From: Dehalococcoidia bacterium
GTDB lineage: Bacteria; Chloroflexota; Dehalococcoidia; Lucifugimonadales; GCA-2712585
Direction of reading: 5' to 3'
Length of the DNA: 58,126 bases
NCBI GenBank assembly: GCA_034420855.1
Contig: DAOUKX010000016.1
Span: forward strand, 1-58,126
The position numbers and the translations under genes were made by a program. This document shows positions 10,353 through 19,852 of this stretch, one piece after another. Under the pieces are notes generated by a model. It was not told the DNA's origin and ran no database searches. It saw only the letters and a list, made by a program, of their open reading frames with translations. Every line of letters starts with the position of its first letter. The stretch's first letter is position 1.

Positions 10353-11512
10353 ACCTGCTAGACATCCTGCTGCTGATTATTGCGCTGCTGATACTGTTCA
10401 CGGCCCTCTCCATCGTGGTCATTTCCATGATCTGGATTGAGCGGAAGTTCCTTGGCCGCCTGCAGCGTAGGCTGGGGCCGACGCGCACGGGGCCCTTCGG
10501 TCTCATCCAACCCGTGGCCGACGCCATCAAGCTGGTGTTGAAGGAAGACCTGATACCTTCCTGGGCGGACAGGGCCATCTTCTGGGTTGCGCCCCTGCTG
10601 GTGTTGATTCCCTCGTTTATGATCTGGGTGACTATCCCCGCAACCAAGGACCTGGTGCTGCGCAACCTGGACCTGGGCCTCTTCGTCATCGTCGCGCTGC
10701 TGGTGGTGTCGATTCTGGGACTGCTGCTGGCGGGCTGGGGTTCGGCGAACAAGTACGGCGCCCTCGGCGGACTGCGTTCGGCGGCGCAGCTTGTGAGCTA
10801 CGAGGTGCCGCTGGTGATGGTGGTGGTATCCGTGGCCATTCTGGCGGAGTCGTTGGACCTGCGGGTCATCGCCGCCAGCCAGGTGCCAATGAGTGTGGGT
10901 GAGGATGTGCTGAACGAGGTCGGGGAGGCTGGGAAGAGCTTCAACCACATAGGCGTGCCGCTGATACTGATATTCCCCCTGGGGATGGTGCTCTTCCTCA
11001 TAGCCGGACTGGCTGAAGTTGGGCGCATACCCTTCGACATATATTTCGCTGAATCTGAAATCGTGGGCGGGCCGTTTGTGGAGTACAGCGGCGCCCACTT
11101 CTCCGTGTTCTTCCTGGCCGAGTACATTAACACCTTCCTGGTCGGGGCATTGGCCGCCCTCTTCTTCCTCGGCGGCTGGTACGGCCCCTTCCTGCCGGAG
11201 TGGATCTGGTTCCTTGTGAAAACCTACGCCGTGGTGGTGGTCATCTTCTGGATTCGGGGCACCTTCCCCCGTCTGCGGGTGGACCAACTCATGGCCTTCG
11301 GCTGGAAGGCGATGATCCCCCTCTCCTTCGTGGGGGTGGTAATCTGCGCCGTGTACCGGTTCTACGACTGGCCGGCCTGGACGATGACCGTCATGTCTCT
11401 GGCCGTTTTGGGTGTGGTAGGATATTGGCTGTACCGCCGGTTCACCCAGCCGGTGCAGCGGTTGGCGAAGCTCTACGGAAGGCAACCCGGGAGGGTCGGA
11501 AATGTTAGCTAG
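10349..11512 (+). CDS. nuoH: NADH-quinone oxidoreductase subunit H
   Basis: 'RRLGPTRTGPFGLIQPVADAIKL', multi-TM. The GTG start overlaps the nuoD stop. Confidence 0.9.
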   Translation: MNLLDILLLIIALLILFTALSIVVISMIWIERKFLGRLQRRLGPTRTGPFGLIQPVADAIKLVLKEDLIPSWADRAIFWVAPLLVLIPSFMIWVTIPATKDLVLRNLDLGLFVIVALLVVSILGLLLAGWGSANKYGALGGLRSAAQLVSYEVPLVMVVVSVAILAESLDLRVIAASQVPMSVGEDVLNEVGEAGKSFNHIGVPLILIFPLGMVLFLIAGLAEVGRIPFDIYFAESEIVGGPFVEYSGAHFSVFFLAEYINTFLVGALAALFFLGGWYGPFLPEWIWFLVKTYAVVVVIFWIRGTFPRLRVDQLMAFGWKAMIPLSFVGVVICAVYRFYDWPAWTMTVMSLAVLGVVGYWLYRRFTQPVQRLAKLYGRQPGRVGNVS

Positions 11513-12077
11513 CATGAAGGGGATGGTGTTGACCATCGTCTCCGCATTCAAAAAGCCCGTAACGGACCAGTACCCCAACAAGCCGCGCAAGCTCCAGGAC
11601 CGGTACATGGGGTTCCCTGCGCTGACGTGGGACTTCGAGGTGGAGGAGCCATACTGCACCTCCTGCATGGTATGCATCCGGCAGTGCCCCACCCAGTGCA
11701 TGAGCGCCACTATGAAGGACAACCCCCTCCACAAAGAGGGGAAGAGCAAGCGGCGCAAGATTGTCGACACCTTTGAGATCAACCTGAACCGGTGCATCCT
11801 GTGCGGTATCTGCGTGAACGTGTGCAACTTCGACGCCATTGTGATGAGTCACGAGCATGAGATGAGCGTGTACGAGCGCAATGGCGACCGCGTGGACCTG
11901 ATTGAGCTTCTGGAGATGGGCAAGCGGTACCAGGAGGAGCAGGACTGGGTTCCTCCCTCGACCCTTAAGAAGAAAGCCGCGCCTCGTCGTCGACCGGCGG
12001 CCCGCAGGCCCGCAGCCCGAAAACCCCGACCAACCAATAAAGCATCTCAGGAGGAGAAGGCCCAACCCAAGGCCTAA
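11502..12077 (+). CDS. nuoI: NADH-quinone oxidoreductase subunit I with a basic Pro/Arg-rich C-terminal tail
   Basis: Two 4Fe-4S motifs, 'CTSCMVCIRQCP' and 'CILCGICVNVCNFDA'. Tail is 'KKKAAPRRRPAARRPAARKPRPTNK...'. Confidence 0.9.
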   Translation: MLASMKGMVLTIVSAFKKPVTDQYPNKPRKLQDRYMGFPALTWDFEVEEPYCTSCMVCIRQCPTQCMSATMKDNPLHKEGKSKRRKIVDTFEINLNRCILCGICVNVCNFDAIVMSHEHEMSVYERNGDRVDLIELLEMGKRYQEEQDWVPPSTLKKKAAPRRRPAARRPAARKPRPTNKASQEEKAQPKA

Positions 12078-12084
12078 TTCTGAA

Positions 12085-12573
12085 ATGACCTGGTTCTTCT
12101 TCTTCCTCATGTCCGCCATGGCCTTGGGTGGGGGAATTGGCGTTGTGGCGGCCCGCAACGTGGTCCATTCCGCTCTTTTTCTACTCGTGTCGCTGCTGGC
12201 CGTTGCGGGTCTGTACGTTCTCCTTCTGACGGAGTTCCTGGCCCTGGTGCAGATATTCATCTACGGCGGGGCGATAATCATCGTGCTGCTGTTTGCCATC
12301 ATGCTCACCCGCTCGCGGGAGTTTCCCCGGATAACGGACAACGCCCAGTGGCCCCTGGCGGCGGTGGCAGCGCTGCTATTCTTCGGCCTGCTGACCTTCG
12401 CTTTCCTGGTCAACCGGCCGGAGGCGGACGAACGAACCCGGGTGGCCTTCACCGACCTAGGACGTTCTCTGTTCACTGAGTGGGCGCTGCCCTTCGAGGT
12501 GGCGTCTATCGTGCTGCTCATCGCGCTGGTGGGGGCTATCGTCATTGCCCGGGACGACAGGAGGCGGGGTTGA
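12085..12573 (+). CDS. nuoJ: NADH-quinone oxidoreductase subunit J
   Basis: 'MTWFFFFLMSAMALGGGIGVVAARNVVHSALFLL'. Start set at the in-frame ATG at 12085; the ORF-track 11902 start would overlap nuoI. Confidence 0.85.
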   Translation: MTWFFFFLMSAMALGGGIGVVAARNVVHSALFLLVSLLAVAGLYVLLLTEFLALVQIFIYGGAIIIVLLFAIMLTRSREFPRITDNAQWPLAAVAALLFFGLLTFAFLVNRPEADERTRVAFTDLGRSLFTEWALPFEVASIVLLIALVGAIVIARDDRRRG

Positions 12574-12878
12574 TAGACCTGGCCTTCTTCCAGATTGTGA
12601 GCGGCGCCCTATTCGCCATTGGGCTGTACGGGGTGCTGGCCCGGCGCAGCGCCGTGCTGGTGCTCATGTCCATCGAGCTTATGCTGAATGCGGTGAACCT
12701 GAACCTGATAGCATCGGCGGCCTTCTTAGACCCGTCCCGCTTTACCGGACTGATAATCGCCATCTTCGTCATCACCGTTGCCGCGGCGGAGGTGGGGCTT
12801 GCCCTGGCCATCGTCCTGCGGATATTCCGCAACCGGGCCACGGTCAACCTGGACGAAATTGACCTGATGAAAGGATAG
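12570..12878 (+). CDS. nuoK: NADH-quinone oxidoreductase subunit K
   Basis: About 100 aa, 3 TM, 'MSIELMLNAVNLNLIA'. The in-frame TTG at 12570 overlaps the nuoJ stop. Confidence 0.8.
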   Translation: MIDLAFFQIVSGALFAIGLYGVLARRSAVLVLMSIELMLNAVNLNLIASAAFLDPSRFTGLIIAIFVITVAAAEVGLALAIVLRIFRNRATVNLDEIDLMKG

Positions 12879-12928
12879 TGTTGTTGAATCACCGCAGAAT
12901 TATGGGTAAGGGAGAAAGAAGCTAGGCC

Positions 12929-14824
12929 ATGCCGACTATGGAGTGGGCCTGGCTAATCCCGGCGCTGTGCTTCATCGCCTTTCCGATTATCGCCATTTTC
13001 GGGCGATACCTTCCGGGCAAGGGATCGTACCTGGCCATCCTGGCCATTGCCGCCGGCTTCGTAATTTTCTGGTTCGTCGCCATCGACAGGATAGATCAGG
13101 GAGCGACGGGGCTGGACGTCTTCACCCAGAAATGGTTCCAGGCGGGAAGCGCAACCCTGACCTGGGGCATTATCGTCGACCCGCTGACGGTGGTAATGCT
13201 GGGTCTCGTTACCTTCGTGGCGATGATGATCCAGATATATTCCATCGGCTATATGAAGGGCGACCCCCGCTACGGCTGGTACTTTGCCCTGCATTCGCTG
13301 TTCGCCGCCTCCATGCTTGCGCTGGTGCTGGCGGACAACTTCCTGCTGCTTTACGTGGCGTGGGAGCTGGTGGGCCTCTGCTCCTACCTGCTCATCGGAT
13401 TCTGGTATGAGAAACGCTCGGCGGCGGAGGCGGCCAAGAAGGCCTTTGTCACCACCCGCCTGGCCGACGTGGCGCTGCTGGTGGGCATTCTGCTCCTGTT
13501 CAGGGAGATAGGCACCTTCAGCATAACTGAGACCTTCCACCAGGCGGAACTGCTGATGGCAGGCGAGGACAGCCTGCTCTCCAGCGGCACGGCGTTGACT
13601 TCAGCGCTGCTGTTGTTCGTGGGAGCGATGGGCAAGTCGGCCCAGATACCCTTCCACGTGTGGCTGCCCGACGCCATGGAAGGCCCGACGCCCGTCAGCG
13701 CCCTTATCCATGCAGCGACGATGGTTGTTGCGGGAGTGTTCCTGGTGGCGCGGACCTTCCCCCTCTTCGAGGCGGCGCCCGACGCGCTGCTGGTGGTGGC
13801 GATAGTTGGACTGGCGACCACGCTGCTGACGGCGACGATGGCGCTGGCCGCCACGGACCTGAAACGGATTCTGGCCTACTCCACTGTGAGCCACCTGGGA
13901 CTGATGATGCTGTCGCTGGGGGCCTTCGGGTATACGGCCGCCATATTCCACCTGATGGCCCACGGATTCTCCAAGGCGCTGCTGTTCCTTGGGGCGGGCA
14001 GCGTGATGCACGGGGCCGACCAGACGGACATCCGCAAGATGGGCGGGCTGGCCAAGGTGATGCCGCTGACATCCTTTACCTTCGCCATTGGAGCGTTGTC
14101 GCTGGCGGGCATACCCATCTTCGCCGGATTCTGGAGCAAGGACGAAATTCTGCTGGCCGTACTGGAGCACCGCCACTGGCTATTCCTGGTATTCACCCTG
14201 CTGGCCGTGTTCCTCAGCGCCCTGTACATGGCGAGGGCGTACTTCATCGCGTTCAGGGGCGAACTGAAGGAAGAGAACCGGAACGCCCACGAAGCGCCCG
14301 CGTCCATGGCGGTGCCGATGTCCCTTTTGGCGATACTGGCGGCGGGCTTCGGCTTCATCGCCCTGGAGTGGGGCGGCGGATTCGAGGGCATCGGCTCCTT
14401 CCTGTTCTTCGACAAGGCCCACGGGTTTGAATTCAACGCTGTTTTGGCCGTCGGGTCGCTGGCGCTGGCCCTGCTGGCCGTGTACCTGGCATGGGCGTCT
14501 TACCTGAAGGGCAAGCCATATCTTTCAACCCTGAAGTCATTGACGACGCCCTTCCCCGCCCTTGCGGAGAGGGGATATTTCTTCGACAACGTGTACCAGT
14601 GGACCATAGACCGGGTGGTGCTGGTCTTCTCCGCCATCATCGCGCTCTTCGACAGGGTGGTGGTGAACGACACGGGCGTGGACGGCCCGGCCAACTCGGT
14701 GAAACGCTCATCCTTCAGCCTGCGCCGTCACGTGACAGGACGGGTCTACAACTACGCCCTGGTGATGGCGCTGGGGGCGGTGGGGCTGGCCGTGGCATGG
14801 TGGACGATAGGGGCAGGCGGCTAG
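12929..14824 (+). CDS. nuoL: NADH-quinone oxidoreductase subunit L
   Basis: 631 aa antiporter-like subunit, 'YVAWELVGLCSYLLIGFWY'. Confidence 0.9.
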   Translation: MPTMEWAWLIPALCFIAFPIIAIFGRYLPGKGSYLAILAIAAGFVIFWFVAIDRIDQGATGLDVFTQKWFQAGSATLTWGIIVDPLTVVMLGLVTFVAMMIQIYSIGYMKGDPRYGWYFALHSLFAASMLALVLADNFLLLYVAWELVGLCSYLLIGFWYEKRSAAEAAKKAFVTTRLADVALLVGILLLFREIGTFSITETFHQAELLMAGEDSLLSSGTALTSALLLFVGAMGKSAQIPFHVWLPDAMEGPTPVSALIHAATMVVAGVFLVARTFPLFEAAPDALLVVAIVGLATTLLTATMALAATDLKRILAYSTVSHLGLMMLSLGAFGYTAAIFHLMAHGFSKALLFLGAGSVMHGADQTDIRKMGGLAKVMPLTSFTFAIGALSLAGIPIFAGFWSKDEILLAVLEHRHWLFLVFTLLAVFLSALYMARAYFIAFRGELKEENRNAHEAPASMAVPMSLLAILAAGFGFIALEWGGGFEGIGSFLFFDKAHGFEFNAVLAVGSLALALLAVYLAWASYLKGKPYLSTLKSLTTPFPALAERGYFFDNVYQWTIDRVVLVFSAIIALFDRVVVNDTGVDGPANSVKRSSFSLRRHVTGRVYNYALVMALGAVGLAVAWWTIGAGG

Positions 14825-14828
14825 ACCG

Positions 14829-16370
14829 ATGGCTGATTTCAAGAGTATCGCGCTGCTGCTGACCATCCTGCTGCCCGTCGGAGCGGGTACGCTGCTGGTG
14901 TTTATGCCGCGCAGCCAGACCATGGCCATCAAGAGCCTGGCGGCCCTTGCAGGAGCGTTGACCCTTGCCCTGACTATCGTAATCTTCGCCATGTACGACT
15001 ACGGCGAGGGTGGCTACCAGTTCGTCAACGCCTGGCGGTGGCTGGACGACCCCATGAACATTGATTTCAGCGTGGGCATTGACGGCATCTCCGCGCCCAT
15101 GGTGCTGCTGACGGGCATCGTCATGTTCGCAGGGGTTTTGGTGTCATGGAACGTGGCCCCGCGCTCCAAGGATTTCTTTGTCCTGTTCATGTTCCTGGTG
15201 GCGGGAGTCTTTGGAGTATTCGTCGTCCGGGACCTGTTCTTCCTGTTCTTCTTCTATGAGCTTGCAGTGCTGCCGATGTTCCCGCTGATTGGCATCTGGG
15301 GAAGCAGCACCGACTTCGGCAACTTCCTTCGCACCAAGGAATACGGGGCTATGAAGCTGACCCTGTACCTGGTTGCGGGCAGCGTGCTGGTGTGGATTGG
15401 CATCATTGCCCTGTACGTGGCCGCCAGCGACTTCCTGGGCGACGGTGCGACGGCGCAGGCGGGGTTCTCGCTGGAGCTTCTGGAGACCCTGGGCGAAGAC
15501 GGGGCCTTTAGCCGGAACTTCCAGCTGCTCTTTTTCCCCTTCTTCATGGTGGGATTCGGCGTGCTGGCGGGCCTGTGGCCCTTCCATACCTGGTCACCCG
15601 ACGGCCACGTAGCCGCGCCTACGGCGGTGAGCATGGTCCACGCCGGGGTGCTTATGAAGCTGGGCGCCTACGGTATCATCCGCGTCGGCATGACGCTGCT
15701 GCCTGAGGGCGCGGAGGCGTGGATGCCGGTGCTCATCGGCCTGGGTACGGTGAACGTCATCTACGGCGCAATCTCGGCGCTATCGCAGAGGGACCTGAAG
15801 TACGTCGTAGGGTATTCCAGCGTCAGCCACATGGGGCTGGTGCTCATGGGAATCGCAACGCTGCATCCGCTGGGTCTGGGCGGTGCGGTGCTGCAGATGT
15901 TCTCCCACGGAATAATGACGGCCCTCTTCTTCGCCGTCGTAGGCATCATCTACGAGAAGACCCACACGCGGGACATTACCGTTCTCGGCGGCTTGTCCAA
16001 GCGGATGGGCTTGACGGTGACCTTCTTTGCCGTAGCGGGTCTGACGTCGTTGGGACTACCCGGCCTGAGCGGCTTCGTCGCCGAGGTGCTGATCTTTATG
16101 GGCGCCTTCCAGGAATACTGGTACCTGGCCGTGCTCGGGGTGATTGGCGCGGCGATAACCGCCGTGTACATCCTGCGGCTGCTGGCGCGGGCATTCTTCG
16201 GTCCCATGGATGAAAAGTGGGAGCACCTGAGCGACGGTGGCCGCATCGAGATGAGCGCAGCGGCCATGCTCGTGTTCATCCTGATTTTCGTAGGCGTATG
16301 GCCGCTGCCGTTGATGGACGTAATCAACAGCGGAGTCGCTGAACTCTTGAGCAGGTTCCCAGGCGTATGA
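14829..16370 (+). CDS. nuoM: NADH-quinone oxidoreductase subunit M
   Basis: 513 aa antiporter-like subunit, in the expected position after nuoL. Confidence 0.9.
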   Translation: MADFKSIALLLTILLPVGAGTLLVFMPRSQTMAIKSLAALAGALTLALTIVIFAMYDYGEGGYQFVNAWRWLDDPMNIDFSVGIDGISAPMVLLTGIVMFAGVLVSWNVAPRSKDFFVLFMFLVAGVFGVFVVRDLFFLFFFYELAVLPMFPLIGIWGSSTDFGNFLRTKEYGAMKLTLYLVAGSVLVWIGIIALYVAASDFLGDGATAQAGFSLELLETLGEDGAFSRNFQLLFFPFFMVGFGVLAGLWPFHTWSPDGHVAAPTAVSMVHAGVLMKLGAYGIIRVGMTLLPEGAEAWMPVLIGLGTVNVIYGAISALSQRDLKYVVGYSSVSHMGLVLMGIATLHPLGLGGAVLQMFSHGIMTALFFAVVGIIYEKTHTRDITVLGGLSKRMGLTVTFFAVAGLTSLGLPGLSGFVAEVLIFMGAFQEYWYLAVLGVIGAAITAVYILRLLARAFFGPMDEKWEHLSDGGRIEMSAAAMLVFILIFVGVWPLPLMDVINSGVAELLSRFPGV

Positions 16371-17869
16371 CCGAGAATCTACATCTACTGCTGCCGGAGT
16401 TTCTGCTAGCGTCGCTGGCGCTGGTGGTGCTGGGCATCGACCTGTTCCTGCCCGCGGGACGGAAGCACCTGCTGGCATGGCTCAGCGTGGCGGGCCTTGC
16501 GGGGCTGCTGGTCCTTGCGCTGGTCATGCTGTGGGACAAGGACATCTCCCTCTACGGCGGCCTGATGAAGACGGACGCCTACTCGCTGCTGTTCAAGGCG
16601 TTCTTCTACGTGCTGGGCGGCGTGGTGATTCTTGCTTCCCTCGACTTCGTGAAGAAGCACTTCCGCAGCCCCGGCGAGTTCTACGCCATTGTGCTGTTCG
16701 CTGTGCTGGGGATGTCCGTTATGGCCGCCTCAGTGGAGCTGCTGACGGCCTACATTGCGCTGGAGCTGATGAGCTTCAGCTTCTACATCATGGTCGCCTA
16801 CGGACGTAACAACCCCAAGTCCAACGAGGCCGGAATAAAGTACATCCTCATCGGCGCCTTCTCCTCCGCCATACTGCTGTACGGCGTGAGCTTGCTGTAC
16901 GGCGCGGTGGGCGTCACCCGCTACGACGAGATAGCCGCCGCTCTGACGACCGCGATGGCGAACGCCGACGCCGTGTCGCCCACCCTCTGGGTTGGACTTG
17001 CGCTGGTGCTGGTGGGACTGGGCTTCAAGGTTGCCGCCGTGCCCTTCCACATGTGGGCGCCCGACACCTACGAGGGCGCACCACTGCCTGTGACGGCGTT
17101 CCTCTCCGTGGGCTCGAAAGTCGCGGCCTTCGCGCTGCTACTGAGGTTGTTCGGCGAAGCCTTCATGCCCACCATCGACCAGTGGCAACTGCTGGTGGCG
17201 GTGCTGGCGGCCATAACAATGATTCTGGGCAACGTGGTTGCCATCGCCCAGCGAAACATGAAGCGGCTGCTGGCGTACTCCAGTGTCGGCCACGTGGGAT
17301 TCATGCTTCTGGGCATCGCTGCCCTTTCGCACATCGGCGCAGAGTCGTTGATCCTATACATGGTGGGATACGCCGTGACCAGCATGGCCGTCTTCACCGC
17401 GCTGATAGCCTTCTTTAACGTGACGGGCCGCGACGACATTGCCGACCTGGGCGGGTTGGCGGACAGCCATCCCTTCCTCGCCGCAGCGATGGCTATAGGA
17501 CTGTTCTCCCTGGGCGGGCTGCCCTTCTTTGCGGGTTTCACCATCAAGTTCTACCTGTTCACCGCCGCCGCCACCCAGGGCCTGCTGTGGCTCTCCGGCG
17601 TGGCCATGCTCAGCAGCCTGATATCGTTGTACTACTACCTGATGGTTGTGCGGCAGATGTACATCGAGCCGGCGCCGGCCTGGGCGATGGAAGAGACGGA
17701 AGAAGAGTCATCTGCCTACGACGAACCGGCTGCTCGCGGAAAGCCCTCCACGCTGATTGTGACGGTGCTGGCGGCGCTGACCCTCGGCGTGATCTTCGTG
17801 GGCGTGTACCCCTTCCCGCTGCTGGAGGCCATCAAGGCCGCCACGGGCGCACTGCTGGGCGCAAGCTAG
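16367..17869 (+). CDS. nuoN: NADH-quinone oxidoreductase subunit N
   Basis: 500 aa antiporter-like subunit. ATGA overlap with nuoM. Confidence 0.9.
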   Translation: MTENLHLLLPEFLLASLALVVLGIDLFLPAGRKHLLAWLSVAGLAGLLVLALVMLWDKDISLYGGLMKTDAYSLLFKAFFYVLGGVVILASLDFVKKHFRSPGEFYAIVLFAVLGMSVMAASVELLTAYIALELMSFSFYIMVAYGRNNPKSNEAGIKYILIGAFSSAILLYGVSLLYGAVGVTRYDEIAAALTTAMANADAVSPTLWVGLALVLVGLGFKVAAVPFHMWAPDTYEGAPLPVTAFLSVGSKVAAFALLLRLFGEAFMPTIDQWQLLVAVLAAITMILGNVVAIAQRNMKRLLAYSSVGHVGFMLLGIAALSHIGAESLILYMVGYAVTSMAVFTALIAFFNVTGRDDIADLGGLADSHPFLAAAMAIGLFSLGGLPFFAGFTIKFYLFTAAATQGLLWLSGVAMLSSLISLYYYLMVVRQMYIEPAPAWAMEETEEESSAYDEPAARGKPSTLIVTVLAALTLGVIFVGVYPFPLLEAIKAATGALLGAS

Positions 17870-17984
17870 CGTCCACCCTTCTAGGCTCTCTCCGCGCCTA
17901 ACCCACTTCTTCCCAAGCCCCCAATGGCGGTTGGGACAACTTGCTAGTTGTACCCGTTGCATCTAAACTAATGCTCGAAAGCGG

Positions 17985-18007
17985 CCTTTCTGCATGTCAC
18001 AGAAAGG
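17985..18007. promoter_or_regulatory. perfect 8-bp inverted repeat immediately upstream of the PIN operon
   Basis: CCTTTCTG-(7 nt)-CAGAAAGG ends 8 nt before the GTG at 18015. Possible operator. Confidence 0.4.
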
Positions 18008-18014
18008 TGCTTAG

Positions 18015-18758
18015 GTGACGAAAATGGCTAGAAATACAGTCACATTTGCTCTCGGTGGGCGAGTTGATATCCAGAAGTTGGCTGAAGGAATCAGCGCACT
18101 GCGGCGACTCATTTCCGCCCTTACTGGTTCTGATGAGGTCGCGTGGCTTGTCGACGATCTACAGTCCGGCAGCGCCGTTGCGACCCTTCGTGGCGAGTGC
18201 GACAACCCTGCAATAGTAGAGCGTGTCGTAAACGACTACGCTGAAATCGGCGGTCGCCTAGAACGCAAGGAGCAATTGAATTACGGCACACGCGTAGACA
18301 AAGCTGCCGATGCAGTCAGAAATCTAGCACAAGCCGTAGAATACGTTCGGCTCGAGACCCCGGAAGATGATTACACTATCTATGGCAACGGACGCACACC
18401 AAAACAAAGTCTATCCAAGAGCGTAGGAGCCATTACCGGTAGAATCCAAACCTTGAGCAATCGGGGCGGGCTGAGATTCAATCTGTACGATGCCGTACAT
18501 GATCGGGCCGTCGGTTGTTATTTGCGTGAGGGTCAAGAGGAACTTATGCGTGAGGCTTGGGGACGGCGAGCCCGAGTAAGTGGAAATATCTCTCGGGAAA
18601 TGCCGTCCGGGAGGCCTCTGACACTACGACAGATACTCGACGTGGAGATTCTGGAAGAGTTTGCTCCAGGCTCTCATCGACTGGCCAGAGGAGCCGTGCC
18701 GTGGGATAGCGAAGACAAACTGCCCGAAGAAATCATACGCCAACTGAGAGATGCCTGA
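18015..18758 (+). CDS. hypothetical ~245-aa protein, upstream partner of the PIN-domain gene
   Basis: ORF-track start is the GTG at 18015; the ATG at 18024 has AGGTGA about 6 nt upstream and may be the real start. No domain recognised. 8-nt overlap with the PIN gene. Confidence 0.65.
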   Translation: MTKMARNTVTFALGGRVDIQKLAEGISALRRLISALTGSDEVAWLVDDLQSGSAVATLRGECDNPAIVERVVNDYAEIGGRLERKEQLNYGTRVDKAADAVRNLAQAVEYVRLETPEDDYTIYGNGRTPKQSLSKSVGAITGRIQTLSNRGGLRFNLYDAVHDRAVGCYLREGQEELMREAWGRRARVSGNISREMPSGRPLTLRQILDVEILEEFAPGSHRLARGAVPWDSEDKLPEEIIRQLRDA

Positions 18759-19248
18759 CAGCCGCAAGGCAATCTATTGGGATGCCAACTGCTGGCTTTC
18801 TTACATCAACGCAGTACCGGACCGTTTGTCAGTTTTGGATTCTCTGTTGGATGCAAGTTGCAGTGAAAGCGGCGACCTCCGCTTGTACACGTCTGCCCTC
18901 TCAAAGGTTGAAGTGGCATTCTCGGCAACTGAGCAAACCAAGAAAGCTCTTGATCCAGAGACGGAGCAGCGGATCGAAGCCCTCTGGAATGATCCGGACG
19001 CGGTGGTCATTGTCGAGTTTCATGATGGCATAGCAAACGCTGCCAGGGATCTCATCAGAGGGGCAATGACACAAGGTTGGAGCTTGAAACCCCTGGATGC
19101 CATCCACTTAGCGACCGCCAAATGGCTATTGGATCGAGGTCATACTGTCGATGAGTTTCACCCCTATGATTCCCAACTCTTCAGATGGTCGCAAGTCCTA
19201 GACTTCAAAGTCATTCAACCATACACACCTCAGCCAAAACTGTTCTAG
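18751..19248 (+). CDS. PIN-domain (VapC-like) ribonuclease
   Basis: 165 aa. Acidic residues sit in the usual PIN order: 'IYWDANCWL', 'SKVEVAF', 'LDAIHLATAKW', 'PYDSQL'. Confidence 0.75.
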   Translation: MPDSRKAIYWDANCWLSYINAVPDRLSVLDSLLDASCSESGDLRLYTSALSKVEVAFSATEQTKKALDPETEQRIEALWNDPDAVVIVEFHDGIANAARDLIRGAMTQGWSLKPLDAIHLATAKWLLDRGHTVDEFHPYDSQLFRWSQVLDFKVIQPYTPQPKLF

Positions 19249-19281
19249 ATTCCCAGGGAACCGTCCTCCCACAATCGGATT

Positions 19282-19290
19282 TGGTATAAT
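19282..19290 (+). promoter_or_regulatory. extended -10 promoter element (TGGTATAAT)
   Basis: TGnTATAAT lies about 32 nt upstream of the ATG at 19322. Confidence 0.4.
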
Positions 19291-19321
19291 CTGCCTACCC
19301 TGAAGGTTGAGGCTGAACATC

Positions 19322-19852
19322 ATGGAAACCGCCCGCAGGCCCCTCATCATTTCCGTCATCGGTGGTCGCTACCCATCCCCCCAAGCTCGCCGGTACGCTG
19401 AAGAAGTAGGACAGGAACTGGCCCGAAATGGTGCGGCGGTTGCCTGCGGCGGCCTTATCGGAGTCATGGAGGCCGTCTGCAAAGGCGCGAAGTCCGAGGG
19501 AGGGCTGACCATTGGCATCCTCCCCGGCGACGACCCGGAAGCCGCCAATCCCTACGTGGACCTGCCTATCTGCACCGGCATTATGTACGCTCGCAACATG
19601 GTCGTTGTGAAGACAGGACGCGCAGTCATCGCCATTGACGGCTCCTTCGGGACAATGTCGGAGATCGGCCACGCCCTCGCAGAAGACATCCCGGTCATCG
19701 GGCTGGACACCTGGAGCTTCTCAAATGAGTCCGAAGGCGACGTAGAAGACCCTATCATTCGCGCCACGGGCCCGGTGGATGCCGTCGCCAAGGCCATAGC
19801 GGCAGCCAAGGCAAGAGAAACGCAGCCCATCAACCCTCAAAGACGAACTTGA
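19322..19852 (+). CDS. TIGR00725/LOG-like (SLOG) family protein
   Basis: 'IISVIGG...[32 protein letters not shown]...[19 protein letters not shown]'. Start is taken at the ATG behind GAAGG/GAGG; the ORF-track TTG is at 19307. Confidence 0.75.
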   Translation: METARRPLIISVIGGRYPSPQARRYAEEVGQELARNGAAVACGGLIGVMEAVCKGAKSEGGLTIGILPGDDPEAANPYVDLPICTGIMYARNMVVVKTGRAVIAIDGSFGTMSEIGHALAEDIPVIGLDTWSFSNESEGDVEDPIIRATGPVDAVAKAIAAAKARETQPINPQRRT

